DNA of 64,000 nucleotides, taken from the NCBI RefSeq assembly GCF_006345805.1, contig NC_043023.1, positions 2,852,001 through 2,916,000 of the forward strand. Direction: 5' to 3'. Positions 11,400 through 23,269 of this stretch are shown here, in pieces. Under the pieces are notes generated by a model. The model did no database searches. It had not been told where the DNA came from and saw nothing but the letters and a program-made list of their open reading frames with translations. Within the stretch, counting starts at the first letter, position 1. Each line of letters opens with the position of its first letter. The position numbers were made by a program, and so were the translations under genes. This DNA comes from Octopus sinensis (lineage: Eukaryota).

Positions 11400-11610
11400 A
11401 GGCAGTAAGCTGGTAGAATCGTTAGCACACCAGGCGAAATGCTTAGCACTGTTTCATCTACTGTTACGTTCTGAGTTCAAATTCCCCCAAGGACCACTTT
11501 GCCTTTCATCTTTTCAGGGTTAATAAATTAAGTACCAGTTGTATGTTGGGGGGTTGATGTGATTGGCTAGTCTCCTTCCTCAAAATTTCAGGCCTTGTGC
11601 CTACAGTAGA
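11400..11610 (+). mobile_element. SINE family B (GACTTTGCCTTTCATCC body motif)
   Basis: GGCAGTAAGCTGGTAGAATCGTTAG head, GAGTTCAAATT B-box; relatives at 21270-21460, 26030-26220, 31690-31915, 32085-32290, 37189-37420, 50248-50455, 59238-59430. Confidence 0.75.
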
Positions 11611-11614
11611 GGCG

Positions 11615-11650
<36 letters not shown>

Positions 11651-12109
11651 GAGTGAGAGACCAGTTCATGCCATCAAAGTGACACTGGGGTAAATTATAC
11701 GAAGCCCAATATACCCATCATGACTACCTGTCTGATAAGGGTACACCAGGTACATGCATCACAACCATATGTGCGCGACATGGTAATCTTATATCAAGAT
11801 TAATAGCGCATGACCTCTCAATACTATAGATTTGCTAGTCAGTTGTTTGACCTTAACCAGTTGAGCATGTCCCTTGGTGGCTGACGATATGTGCATCTCT
11901 GATCATGAACTGAAGTAGTGGGGGGCATCATTGCCATGTGTTGAGAGGGATTCTTTGGGGTTTGAATAATTCACCTCTGGAAACATGGGTGTTTGGTTCA
12001 ACATTCTTAAACAATCCTCATTCAGATACCTTTTCAGGGGGATGGGTTACTCGACCAGAAGAAAATTCTAACTGGGCCCCACCTGCAAGGTCATGCACTG
12101 TCTATCTTG
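11651..12109. mobile_element. TAA-targeted retroposon copy with 5' inversion
   Basis: 11651-11816 is the element 3' end (minus orientation); 11817-12109 is the upstream part in plus orientation. Confidence 0.85.
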
Positions 12110-12117
12110 TATTATCA

Positions 12118-12148
<31 letters not shown>

Positions 12149-12579
12149 TATTATAATTATTATTATTATTATTATTATTACCTCTGCTTTATGTATGTAT
12201 GAATGTATCATAAACATCCCTATCATTATCATCATCATCATAAACATCATCAGCAGCAGCATCATCATCATCATCACTGCAAACATCACAAATAGTATAA
12301 TCACTCCCAAATGTAAGACTGCCACCGCCACTAACACCACAACAGCTATCAACAGCAACAACAGCAACACAATCACATCCACCAAGTCTTCCGTCATCAT
12401 CATCATCATCGTTTAATGTTTGCTTTCCATGGAGTGGTCGGTGTTAGGAAGGGCATCCAGCAGTCGGAACCTTTGCCAGATTAGATTGGAACCTGGTGCA
12501 GCCATCTGGTTCGCCAGACCTCAGTCAAATCGTCCAACCCATGCTAGCATGGAAAGCGGACATTGAACGATGATGATGA

Positions 12580-12617
12580 TGATGATGACGATGATGATGA
12601 TAGGGATGATAGTGTGG

Positions 12618-12648
<31 letters not shown>

Positions 12649-13730
12649 ATGATGATGGTGATGATGCTGGTGATGGCTACGTTATTGTTGCTTGTGGTGA
12701 TGGTGCTTATGATGGTGATGGTGATGGTGTCAGCGTCATTGATGTTGTTGGCAGTGGTGATGATGACGTTGGTAGTGATGATCTAATTAAGGTAATTACT
12801 TTGATGCTGCTGGTGGCATGAATGATGTTGATGGTGGTGGTGAGGATGGTGGCATTAGGGATATCATTGTAGTTGGTGGTGGTCACATATATATTGTCTT
12901 TGATGGCAATGGGAAAGCAGGAGGAGGTGGTGATGGAGTCGACAGCAATGGTGAGGTTGGATGTGGTGGTGGTGGTGGTGGTGGTGGTGGTAGTTGCTAT
13001 GTTGGCGTTGTTTTTCTGCTGTCTGTATGGTCCTTGAGAAGAATGATGACATGACAAATGTAATTGCCAAAGAAAAGGTTTGTAAACAAATGCAACAATA
13101 TGTGTTACTGCAACAGCAACTACCACTGCAGCAAAGATCACAACCACCACAACAACTGCAACAACCACCACCACCACACCAACAACAACAAAACATCAAC
13201 TACCACCACTGCAACAATGATCACAACCACCACCACAACACTAACAACCACAACAACAACTACCACCACAGCAACACCAAAAACAGCAACAACCACTGCA
13301 GCAACGATGACAACCCCCACTACCAACACTACAACAACAGTGACCGCAACAACTACCACCACCACAACAACATCAGAAACAGCAACTACCACTTCAGCAA
13401 TGATCCCAACCACCACTACCACCACAACCACCACCACTACCACTACAACCACCATCACTACCACCACAACAACATCAGAAACAGCAATGATCAAAACCAG
13501 CACTGCAACAACAACAACAACTAGCACCACCACTGCAACAAAGATAGAAACAACAATTGCCACTGCAGCAGCAACCATAACAACCACCACCACCACCACC
13601 ACAACAAGAACAACAACTACAACATCAACAGCAAGAAATTATGAATTTAAAACTAACAACTAACAACAGCTGAAGGAGCCACAACAACAATAACAACGAC
13701 AACAACAATAACAGCAACCATACTTTCTGA
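12580..13730. repeat. (GAT)/(GGT)n then (ACC)/(AAC)n low-complexity field
   Basis: Direct inspection; a small unique island lies at ~13005-13110. Confidence 0.9.
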
Positions 13731-14108
13731 AAACGGTTACAACAAGAACAACGGAACTGTGACAGAAAGGAAATGTAAAACGACCAACATCAACAACAAC
13801 AGCAGCAACAACAACAATAACAACAGCAAATCTTCAGAGCATTTGTAGACATTTGCAACGCTACTTCAACCAAATGTCGTGTTTTTGTGGTGGGCATGTT
13901 GACGGAAAGAAACGGAGGAAGGAGGGAAGGAAGAGAGAGATGAAAGAGGCGGAAGGAAAGGAGGGAAGAAGTTCGGAAAACAAAAGAAAGGAAAGATTGG
14001 AATATGAGCGACAAAAATACAAGACTTTATCACGTTTTATCAACATTGTCGCTTCATTAATTCCATATTGGTGTCTGCCTTTTCAAAGTGTGTGTGTGTG
14101 TATGCACA

Positions 14109-14150
<42 letters not shown>

Positions 14151-14267
14151 TATATATATATATATATATATACATTCATACATTTGTGTATGTATGTGTA
14201 TATCTATGCATTTTGTATATCTTATAATTTATGTATATATTTATATAGGTGAGTGCATGTATGTATT

Positions 14268-14305
<38 letters not shown>

Positions 14306-14851
14306 AATATTTATATATGTATGTATATATTATATGCATATATTTATAAATATTTATATATGTATGTACATGTCTGCATAAATATATTTATAAACATATT
14401 TACGTATATATATATATATATATATATGCATACATGTATATATACATATATATGCATACATGTATATATACATATATATACATATATATATATATACGTA
14501 CATTTAAGTATATCTATATAATTTATGTATATATTTATATAAGTAAATGTATGTATATATCTATGCATATATATATATTTATAAATATTTATATATCTAT
14601 ATATAAATATATATGTATATGTAAATATATGTATATGTAAATATTTATATATGTATATATATGTATATAAATATATATGCATCATCATCATCATCATCAT
14701 CGTTTAACGTCTGTTTTCCGTGCTAGCACGGGTTATATTTATATATGCATATATAAATTTATAAACATATATTTGTATATGTATATACATATATATATGC
14801 ATGTATATATATATATTTATATATATGTATATATATATATATATATATATG

Positions 14852-14884
<33 letters not shown>

Positions 14885-15175
14885 GTATGTGTGTGTGTTT
14901 TAGAATGGTATTTGCGGCATATTTCTTTCTGGAGTTATGGCAGATGTCTTGGCTTTGTCGAATCCGTTTCATTTCCATCTTTCATAAACAATACTTATAA
15001 TTCTGACATTTCAAAATACCCCTTTTATATTTCATTAAGCACGTTACGCAAGATTTGCATCAGTTATGCATGATTTGGCATGTGTTCTTTGTAGCATATC
15101 TGAGTTCATACCCAACAATCCCTCCCTCTCTCATTCTTTATCACTACATACATATACATATATATATATATATAT

Positions 15176-15430
15176 GTAGGCGCAGGGTGTAGCTGTGTGG
15201 TAAGTAGCTTGTTTACCAACCACATGGTTCCGGGTTGAGTCCAACTGCATGGCACCTTGGGCAAGTGTCTTCTACTATGGCCTCGGGCTGACCAAAGCCT
15301 TGTGAGTGGATTTTTTGCCGAACCGCTAAGTGACGGGGACATAAAACACAGCCAGCATCGGTTGTCAAGCAATGCTAGGGGGACAACACAGACACACAAC
15401 ACACAACGCACATATATATATATATATATT

Positions 15431-15479
<49 letters not shown>

Positions 15480-15995
15480 CGATGGGCCTTCTTTCAGTTT
15501 CCATCTACCACCTACCAAATCCACTCACAAGGCTTTGGTCGGCCCGAGGTTATAGCAGAAGACACTTGCCTAAGGTGCCATGCAGTGGGACTGAACCCGG
15601 AACCATTTGGTTGGTAAACAAGCTACTTACCACACAGCCACTCCTGCGCCTATATATGTATACATATATATGATGGGCTTCTTTCAGTTTCCATCTACCA
15701 AATCCACTCACAAGGCTTTGGTTGACGGAAACTGAAAGAAGTCCGTCGTATATATATGTATGTATATATATATATATATGCGTGTGTGTGTTTGTGTGTC
15801 TGTGTTTGTCCCCCTAGCATTGCTTGACAACCGATACTGGTGTGTTTATGTCCCCATCACTTAGCGGTTCAGCAAAAGAGAGCGATAGAATAAGTACCGG
15901 GCTTGCAAAAGAATAAGTCCCGGGGTTGAGTTGCTTGACTAAAGGCGGTGCTCCAGCATGGCCGCAGTCAAATGACTGAAACAACTAAAAGAGTA
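15176..15995. mobile_element. Rearranged cluster of SINE A segments in alternating orientation
   Basis: Plus-strand head 15176-15310, minus copy 15311-15655, minus fragment 15668-15722, plus body/tail 15722-15995. Confidence 0.8.
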
Positions 15996-16078
15996 AAATA
16001 TATATATATATATTGGTAAAAATGATAAGATAACAAAAGAAAGAAAGAAATCTCAATATTATGTAAATAGAGAAAATT

Positions 16079-17450
16079 TATCTGTAAAATAATATGTGAC
16101 AATTATTTGGTAGCCAAGATAAAACTCTGAGTTTCAAATGCCGAGGTGGAAATCCACAACACCATCTCTTCGGTTATATAAAACTCTGAGTTTCGGATGC
16201 CGAGGTGGAAATCCACCAACACCATCTCTTCGTGTATATAAAACTCTGAGTTTCGGATGCCGAGGTGGAAATCCACAACCACCATCTCTTCGGTTATATA
16301 AAACTCTGAGTTTCGGATGCCGAGGTGGAAATCCACAACACCATCTCTTCGGTTATATAAAACTCTCTGAGTTTCGGATGCCGAGGTGGAAATCCACAAC
16401 ACCATCTCTTCGGTATATAAAACTCTGAGTTTCGGATGGCGAGGTGGAATCCACAACACCATCTCTTCGGTTATATAAAACTCTGAGTTTCAAATGCCGA
16501 GGTGGAAATCCACAACACCATCTCTTCGTTATATAAAACTCTGAGTTTCGGATGCCGAGGTGGAATCCACACCAACCATCATCTTCGGTTATATAAACTC
16601 GAGTTTCGGATGCCGAGGTGGAAATCCACAACACCATCTCTTCGGTTATATAAAACACTGAGTTTCAAATGCCGAGGTGGAAATCCACACACCATCTCTT
16701 CGGTTATATAAAACTCTGAGTTTCGGATGCCGAGGTGGAAATCCACAACAAATCTCTTCGGTTATATAAAACTCTGAGTTTCGGATGCCGAGGTGGAATC
16801 CACAACACCATCTCTTCGGTTATATAAAACTCTGAGTTTCGGATGCCGAGGTGGAAATCCACAACACCATCTCTTCGGTTATATAAAACTCTGAGTTTCG
16901 GATGCCGAGGTGGAAATCCACAACACCATCTCTTCGGTTATATAAAACTCTGAGTTTCGGATGCCGAGGTGGAAATCCACAACACCATCTCTTCGGTTAT
17001 ATAAAACTCTGAGTTTCGGATGCCGAGGTGGAAATCCACACAACACCATCTCTTCGGTTATATAAAACTCTGAGTTTCGGATGCCGGTGGAAATCCACAA
17101 CACCATCTCTTCGTTATATCAACTCTGATTTTCGGATGCCGAGGTGGAAATCCACAACACCATCTCTTCGGTTATATAAAACTCTGAGTTTCGGATGCCG
17201 AGGTGGAAATCCACAACACCATCTCTTCGGTTATATAAAACTCTGAGTTTCGGATGCCGAGGTGGAATCCAACACACCATCTCTTCGGTTATATAAAACT
17301 CTGAGTTTCGGATGGCGAGGTGGAAATCCACAGCACCATCGCTTTGGCCAGATAACCGAAGAGATGGTGTTGTGGATTTCCACCTCAGCATCCGAAACTC
17401 AGGGTTTTATCTTGGCTATTGAATAATTGTCACATATTATTTTACAGATA
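16079..17450. mobile_element. Element bounded by ~99-bp inverted repeats (16079-16177 and 17352-17450) enclosing a 59-bp satellite; probably PLE-derived
   Basis: Left TATCTGTAAAATAATATGTGACAATTATT...CTCTTCGGTTAT matches the reverse complement of the right end; flanked by (TA)n. Confidence 0.8.
16122..17340 (-). repeat. ~21-copy 59-bp tandem satellite; each monomer is hammerhead-like on the minus strand
   Basis: Unit AAAACTCTGAGTTTCGGATGCCGAGGTGGAAATCCACAACACCATCTCTTCGGTTATAT; 1-nt shift per 60-nt line gives period 59. Repeat call is certain; ribozyme fold is inference. Confidence 0.95.
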
Positions 17451-17466
17451 TATATATATATATATA

Positions 17467-17862
17467 GGCGTAGGAGTGGCTGTGTGGTAAGTAACTTGCT
17501 TAGGAACTACATGGTTTCGGGTTCAGTCCCACTGTGTGGCATCTTGGGCAAGTGTCTTCTAATATTGCCTTGGGCTGACCGAAGCCCTGTGAGTGGATTT
17601 GGTAGATGGTAACTGAAAGAAGCCCGTCATATATATATATATATGTATGTGCATGTATATGTTTGTTTGTGTGCCTGTGTTTGTCCCCCCACCATTGCTT
17701 TACAACCAATGCTGGTGTGTTTACCTCCCCGTAACTTAGCAGTTTGGCAAAAGAGACCGATAGAATAAGTACTAGGCTTACTTCAGGTCAAGTTTGTTTG
17801 ACTAAAGGTAGTGCTCCAGCATGGCCACAGTCAAATAAGTGAAACAAATAAAAGAATAAAAG
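17467..17862 (+). mobile_element. SINE family A, full copy
   Basis: Head, TA tract and tail as in other copies. Confidence 0.88.
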
Positions 17863-18249
17863 AATTCTCCTAGTCATCAGTCATCGTCTCTTTTCAACCA
17901 AATCCAGTCACAAGCCTTTTCTGCTGTAATTTGGATATCGGTCATGGTGGTATTTACTTTATGATGAATTAGACCTAACGATAACAACAGTCATCTCACA
18001 ACAAACGCACTACATCCGATAACCTCAATGAGTGATGTAAAAATGCACTGCTAACACAGTAGAACATGGTATTGTCTTATATATGAAAAAAAATACGTTT
18101 GATATACTTTATAATATGTTATGATTGTATAACGAAATTCTGTGTACCTACAGGTCATTAGGTATAACCTTTTGTAGAACTCAATATATGTGTCTTTCAA
18201 ATGAAGTGTTAGCTGAGTAAAGAGCTATAATAAGAAAAAGAGATGATGG

Positions 18250-18440
18250 AGGAATAAATGATTATCTTATGAACTCCATTAGCTTACAGCTGTTTCAGCT
18301 ATGTGATGCAATGGACTCATAGTAGAGTGCCTGAATAACACTTCATGGCTTCATCAGAGCCTTGAATATGAAGTGCAGTTTATTTCACAGCAGAAACAGC
18401 TGTAAGCTAATGAAGGTCATAAGATAATTGCTTATTCCTT
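18250..18440 (-). ncRNA. Type I hammerhead ribozyme fold (18281-18361) within a PLE-like inverted structure
   Basis: Minus strand GGCU-CUGAUGA-AGCCAUG...CAUAGCU-GAAAC-AGCU-GUA-AGCU: all core residues, palindromic stem III, GUA site; ~50-bp inverted copy of the 3' part at ~18385-18440. Confidence 0.7.
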
Positions 18441-18759
18441 TACCATTTCAATTTCTGATACATTTTTATATATATAATCATCATCATCATCATTTAACAT
18501 CCGTTTTTCATGCTGGCATGGGTTGGATGGTTTGACTGAAAACTGGTAAGCTGGAGAGCTGCACCATGTTCGATTCTGCTTTGGCGTGGTTTCTACAACT
18601 GGATGCCCTTCCTAACACCAACCACTACAAGAGTGTAGTGAATGATTTTTATGTTCCACTGGCACAGCACCAGCCACAACTATGATTTCACTTGGCTTGA
18701 TGGGCCTTCTGAAGCATGGCGTATCACCAGGCATGCTAATTTTTCTGCCAGCTCGCTGC

Positions 18760-19119
18760 CTAGCTTGCTTGCCAACCACATGGTTCCAGGTTCAGTCCCA
18801 CTCCATGGCACCTTGGACAAGTGTCTTCTACTATAGCCTTGGGCCGACCAAAGCCTTGTGAGTGGATTTGGTAGACGGAAACTGAAAGAAGCCCGTCGTA
18901 TATATGTGTTCGTGTGTCTGTGTTTGTCCCCCACCCCACCAACATCACTTGACAACTGATGCTGGTGTGTTTACGTCCCCATAACTTAGCAGTTCGGCAA
19001 AAAGAGAATGATAGAATAAGTACTAGGCTTACAAAGAATAAGTCCTGGGGTCGATTTGCTCGACTAAAGGCAGTGCTCCAGCATGGCCACAGTCAAATGA
19101 CTGAAACAAGTAAAAGAGT
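18760..19119 (+). mobile_element. SINE family A, 5'-clipped
   Basis: Family body and tail. Confidence 0.85.
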
Positions 19120-19129
19120 ATAATGAGAG

Positions 19130-19735
19130 GAAAGAACATAGACTTGAACTTGGAACTCTTTATAGTTGTCGAAGGAAATTCCTTACAGACTTTTGGAGAA
19201 TGACCAAACAAACACGATAATCCTGAGATGTTATATCAGGGGAATGTATTAATTGCAGCAGAACTTGACCACTGATATCTTGAATAGTATTTTTGGTCAA
19301 ATTAGCCACATGGGGCAAGCATTATCATGTTGAAGAATTATGGTGTGTGACAGGTGTGGTTGCTTGAAGTTCATCAATTGAGTGAAGGTGTTGAGTGATG
19401 GCATCACGAGAGCATCTCATCTGCTGGGAAAATTCCCTAGAGAATTGACATGGCCCTTATTTTTGTTTAATCGATCCTTTTTAAAGTGAACAGGTCAGTT
19501 GGAATATGGAGAGATTGTGAGGTCAAATTTCCTTTCCTTCAGGTGTGAAAAACCATTTCTGCACAGTTCTTTCAGTTCTTTCATCTTCACCATGCAAAAC
19601 AGAAATGTCTTTGGTGACTTTGGCGCTTTTGGCAATCTTGATTGAAAGCAAAGAGAAGCAGGTGTCAAGAATGGTTTGGTTTTCTTTTTTTTTTTGGTAC
19701 TTGCCACTCATACGTCATGTGTCTGAAAAGAAGTA
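19130..19735 (-). pseudogene. Internally deleted mariner transposase fossil
   Basis: N-terminal ...KSAKVTKDISVLHGED..TERTVQKWFSHLKERKFDL and C-terminal LQHDNA.PHVANLTKNTIQD...SPDI..QDY resemble the mariner HTH and HDNARPH/YSPDLAPSD motifs. Confidence 0.75.
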
Positions 19736-20017
19736 AAATTTATTCAGATTTCCAAAGCGGTAAACAAAAACTGTAGCGGAAGAATGGAGTTACAAAGAAA
19801 ACCCATAAAACACGACAATAAATATATTGGAAAGGAACAAATTTATATGACAACCAAATATACACACACATACACACACACACATATTATATTGCTCTTA
19901 AAAATTGCTCTTAAAAAGTGGTTTCGGTCGTTTGGCTGCTTCTTCTAGCGTGCAAAAATTACCTATTAAGGTAGTTTTCGTTTGTGTTTAAATGTACACT
20001 ACTTGATATATATATAT

Positions 20018-20059
<42 letters not shown>

Positions 20060-20155
20060 AAATTAACAATTGAGGATAAAATCTTTAAAAGAAATTATCA
20101 GTAGTCAGCGTGAAAAACCTCATTAGAGAAAAAATCCGTAAATTTTTCCACTTAA

Positions 20156-20179
<24 letters not shown>

Positions 20180-20192
<13 letters not shown>

Positions 20193-20400
20193 TAATCCAA
20201 ACATGGAAACACAAAGAGAAAACACAACGCGAGGACATGGAACAAATATAATATTATTGGACACTCAGGAAGGGAGGGAAGAAGGAGGGTTTAACGTTTC
20301 GAGCGGAGCTCTTCGTCAGAAACATAGAAGAAGGAAAGATCCAAAGAAGGGAAGACAGGAAAAAAAATCGCCAACGGTACACACGAGGTCACATTTTGAA
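20180..20400 (-). ncRNA. PLE-like fragment with intact minimal hammerhead (20289-20323)
   Basis: Minus strand GUUU-CUGACGA-A-GAGC ucc GCUC-GAAACGUU-AAAC; decayed paralogue at 55313-55347. Confidence 0.75.
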
Positions 20401-20434
20401 TATATATATATGTGTGTGTGTTTGTCTGTATAGA

Positions 20435-20599
20435 GATAAACCACTAGGTGGATAACCAATATGCTTGAAGAAGATCACATATGATCTAACTACAAAGAAA
20501 ACAATGTTCTCCAGAGAAATTCAGCAAAACCCTTTTCTTTGTAGTTAGATCGTATGTGATCTTTTTCTAGCATATTGGTTATCCACCTAGTGGTTTATC
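20435..20599. repeat. 67-bp-arm inverted repeat with 31-nt loop
   Basis: 20435-20501 versus 20533-20599, 3 mismatches. Confidence 0.95.
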
Positions 20600-20733
20600 C
20601 CAAAATATACACATGTATTGAAATTTTTTCTGAGTTTTCAGATTTTTTTATACGCTAGGCTACTGGTTTTAAATTGATATTAATTAAATTAATATTCAAT
20701 TTATCTCCCTCGTTATTTAAATATATATACATA

Positions 20734-21077
20734 GGCGCAGGACTGGCTGTGTGGTAAGTAGCTTGCTTCCCAACCACATGGTTCCAGGTTCAGTTCCACT
20801 GCGTGGCACCTTGGGCAAGTGTCTTCTATTATAGTCTCGGGCCGACCAAAGCCTTGTGAGATGGAAACTGAAAGAAGTCTGTCGTATATATGTATATATA
20901 TATATATATATGTGTGTGTGCATGTTTGTCCCCCCAACATCGCTTGACAACCGATGCTGGTGTGTTTACGTCGCTGTCACATAGCAGTTCGGCAAAAGAG
21001 ACCGATAGAATAAGTACTGGGCTTACAAAGAATAAGTGCCGGGGTCGATTTGCTCGACTAAAGGTGGTGCTCCAGCA
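20734..21077 (+). mobile_element. SINE family A
   Basis: Family head, body and partial tail. Confidence 0.88.
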
Positions 21078-21489
21078 GTGAATGGGTGTATAGTAAGAAG
21101 TTTGCTTTCCAACCACATGGTTCCGGGTTCAATCCCACTGCATAGCACCTTCGACAATTGCCTTCTACTAGCTGACCAAAGCCTTCCGAATGGATTTGGT
21201 AGACAGTAACTGAAAGAAGCTTGTTGTATATATGTGTGTGTGTGTGTGTCCTTCCACCATCGCTTGACCTGAAATTTTGGGGTAGGGGACCATTTGAATT
21301 ACATTAACCCCCAGTGTTTCACTGGTACTTAATTTATCAACCCCGGAAAGGATGAAAGGCAAAGTCAACCCAAGCAGAATTTGAACCAGAACGCAAAGAC
21401 TGACAAAATACCACTAAGCATTTTACCCAGCGTGCTAATGATTCTGCCAACTTGCTGCCTTAAAGAATATATATATATATATCATCTTC

Positions 21490-22000
21490 AATGACTGGCG
21501 TCCATGCTAGTGGGGTGCAAAGGGCACCATACGAGTGTGATCATTGACAGAGCGGCTAAACGGCTTCCGTGCACCATTCGAGTGTGATCGTTACCAGCAT
21601 TGCCTTACTGGCACTTGAGCCCCGTGCTAGTACCGTGCCAAGAACACCATCCGAGCGTGATCATTGCCAGAGCAGCTAACTGGCCTCCGTGCTGGTGGCA
21701 TGTAAAAGGCACCATTCAAAAGTGATCTTTACCAGTATCGCCTTACTGGCACCCATGCTTTTGGCATGTGTAAAAGATTCAAGCGACGTCGTTGCCAGTA
21801 CTGCCTGACTGGCCCCCGTGCTGGTGGCACATAAAAGCACTCACTACACTCTCGGAGTGATTGGTGTTAGGAAGGGCATCCAGCTGTAGAAACTCTGCCA
21901 GATCAAGATTGGAGCCTGGTGCAGCCATCTGGTTTGCCAGCACTCAGTCATTCATCTAACCCATGCTAGCATGGAAAGCAGACATTAAACGATGATGACA
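21490..22000 (+). mobile_element. SINE family D with internal degenerate repeats
   Basis: Repeated CACCATTCGAGTGTGATC...ACTGGC blocks, then GGAAGGGCATCC motif and GATGATGA tail; inverted family copy at 22020-22220. Confidence 0.75.
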
Positions 22001-22490
22001 TGACATGATTCTCATCTATTAATGTCTGCTTTCCATGCTGGCATGGTTTGGATGGTTTGACAGGATCTGGAAAGCCAGGGAGCTGCACCAAGCTTTCACA
22101 TTCTGCTTTGGCATGGTTTCTACAGCTGGGTGCCCTTCCTGCTGCCAACCACTCTGCAGAGTGGACTGGATGCTTTTCGCGTGGGACCAGGACAGATGCT
22201 TTTTACACAACATCATCACCAGTGCTTGTTATGTGACACTTCTAGCCCAGGTCCTTTTCACATGGCACATGTGGGGTTGCCAAGTAGGTTGCAGGACAAA
22301 GACCTCTCAGGTGAGTGGAGTGGAACTCAGGGAAGGGACTGTGAGCCAGGTGAGAGGTTAGATTGTAATATAAGGACAGAGATAGTTGTTTTACTGTAGA
22401 GGGGATGCTCTAGGGGTCAATGTAATCGACTCATCCCTACCTTCCCTAAGCAGTCCTTGTGGTAAAAATTAGAAATGTATTATTGTAACA

Positions 22491-22662
22491 GTGGAGGCGC
22501 AATGGCCCAGTGGTTAGGGCAGCGGACTCACGGTAGGAGGATCACGGTTTTAATTCCCAGACCGGGTATTGTGTGTGTTTATTGAGTGAAAACACCTAAA
22601 AGATCCACGAGGCTCCTGCAGGGGGTGGTGGTGACCCCTGTTGTACTCTTTCACCACAGCTT
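22491..22662 (+). mobile_element. tRNA-headed SINE (GTGGAGGCGCAATGGCCCAGTGG head), 5' part
   Basis: A/B boxes; relatives at 27026-27335 (+), 31085-31372 (-), 57857-58101 (+). Confidence 0.8.
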
Positions 22663-22862
22663 TCTCATATATACGATGGGCTTCTTTCACTTTCCATCTA
22701 CCAAATCCACTCACAAGGGTTTGGTTGGCCCAAAGCTATAGTAGAAGACACTTGCCCAAAATATCACGCAGTGAGACTGAACCCGGAACCATGTGGTTGG
22801 TAAACAAGCTACTTACCACTTAGCCCCTCCTGCACCAACACACACAGACACACACACACACA

Positions 22863-22919
<57 letters not shown>

Positions 22920-23269
22920 ATATATACACATATACATATATACGACCGGCTTCTTTCAGTTTCCCTCTACCAAATCCACTCACAAGGCTTTGGTTGGCCC
23001 AAAGCTGTAGTAGAAGAGACTTGCCCAAGGTTCCACACAGTGGGACTGAACCCAGAACCATTTGGTTGGGAAGCAAGCTTCTTATCACAAAACAGCAACA
23101 ATTGGTTGCTGTTTTTTTTTTGCATAAGCTAAGGAACCAAATGTGGATGTCATAATTGGTTTGATGTCCTTGGTGGTGGTCATGGTTATGGCGATGGTTT
23201 TTGATATTTTGTTTTAGTATAGTTTATTTGCATCACTAAACACTAACAACAACCAAAACAACAATACCA

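Noticed and set aside
13041-13079. Possible plus-strand microexon (KNDDMTNVIAKEK, AAG|GTTTGT)
   Set aside because: Poor acceptor and no homology recognised.
16122-17340. CRISPR array
   Set aside because: Units are contiguous with no unique spacers, the context is eukaryotic, and there are no cas genes. The same applies to the 42-bp array.
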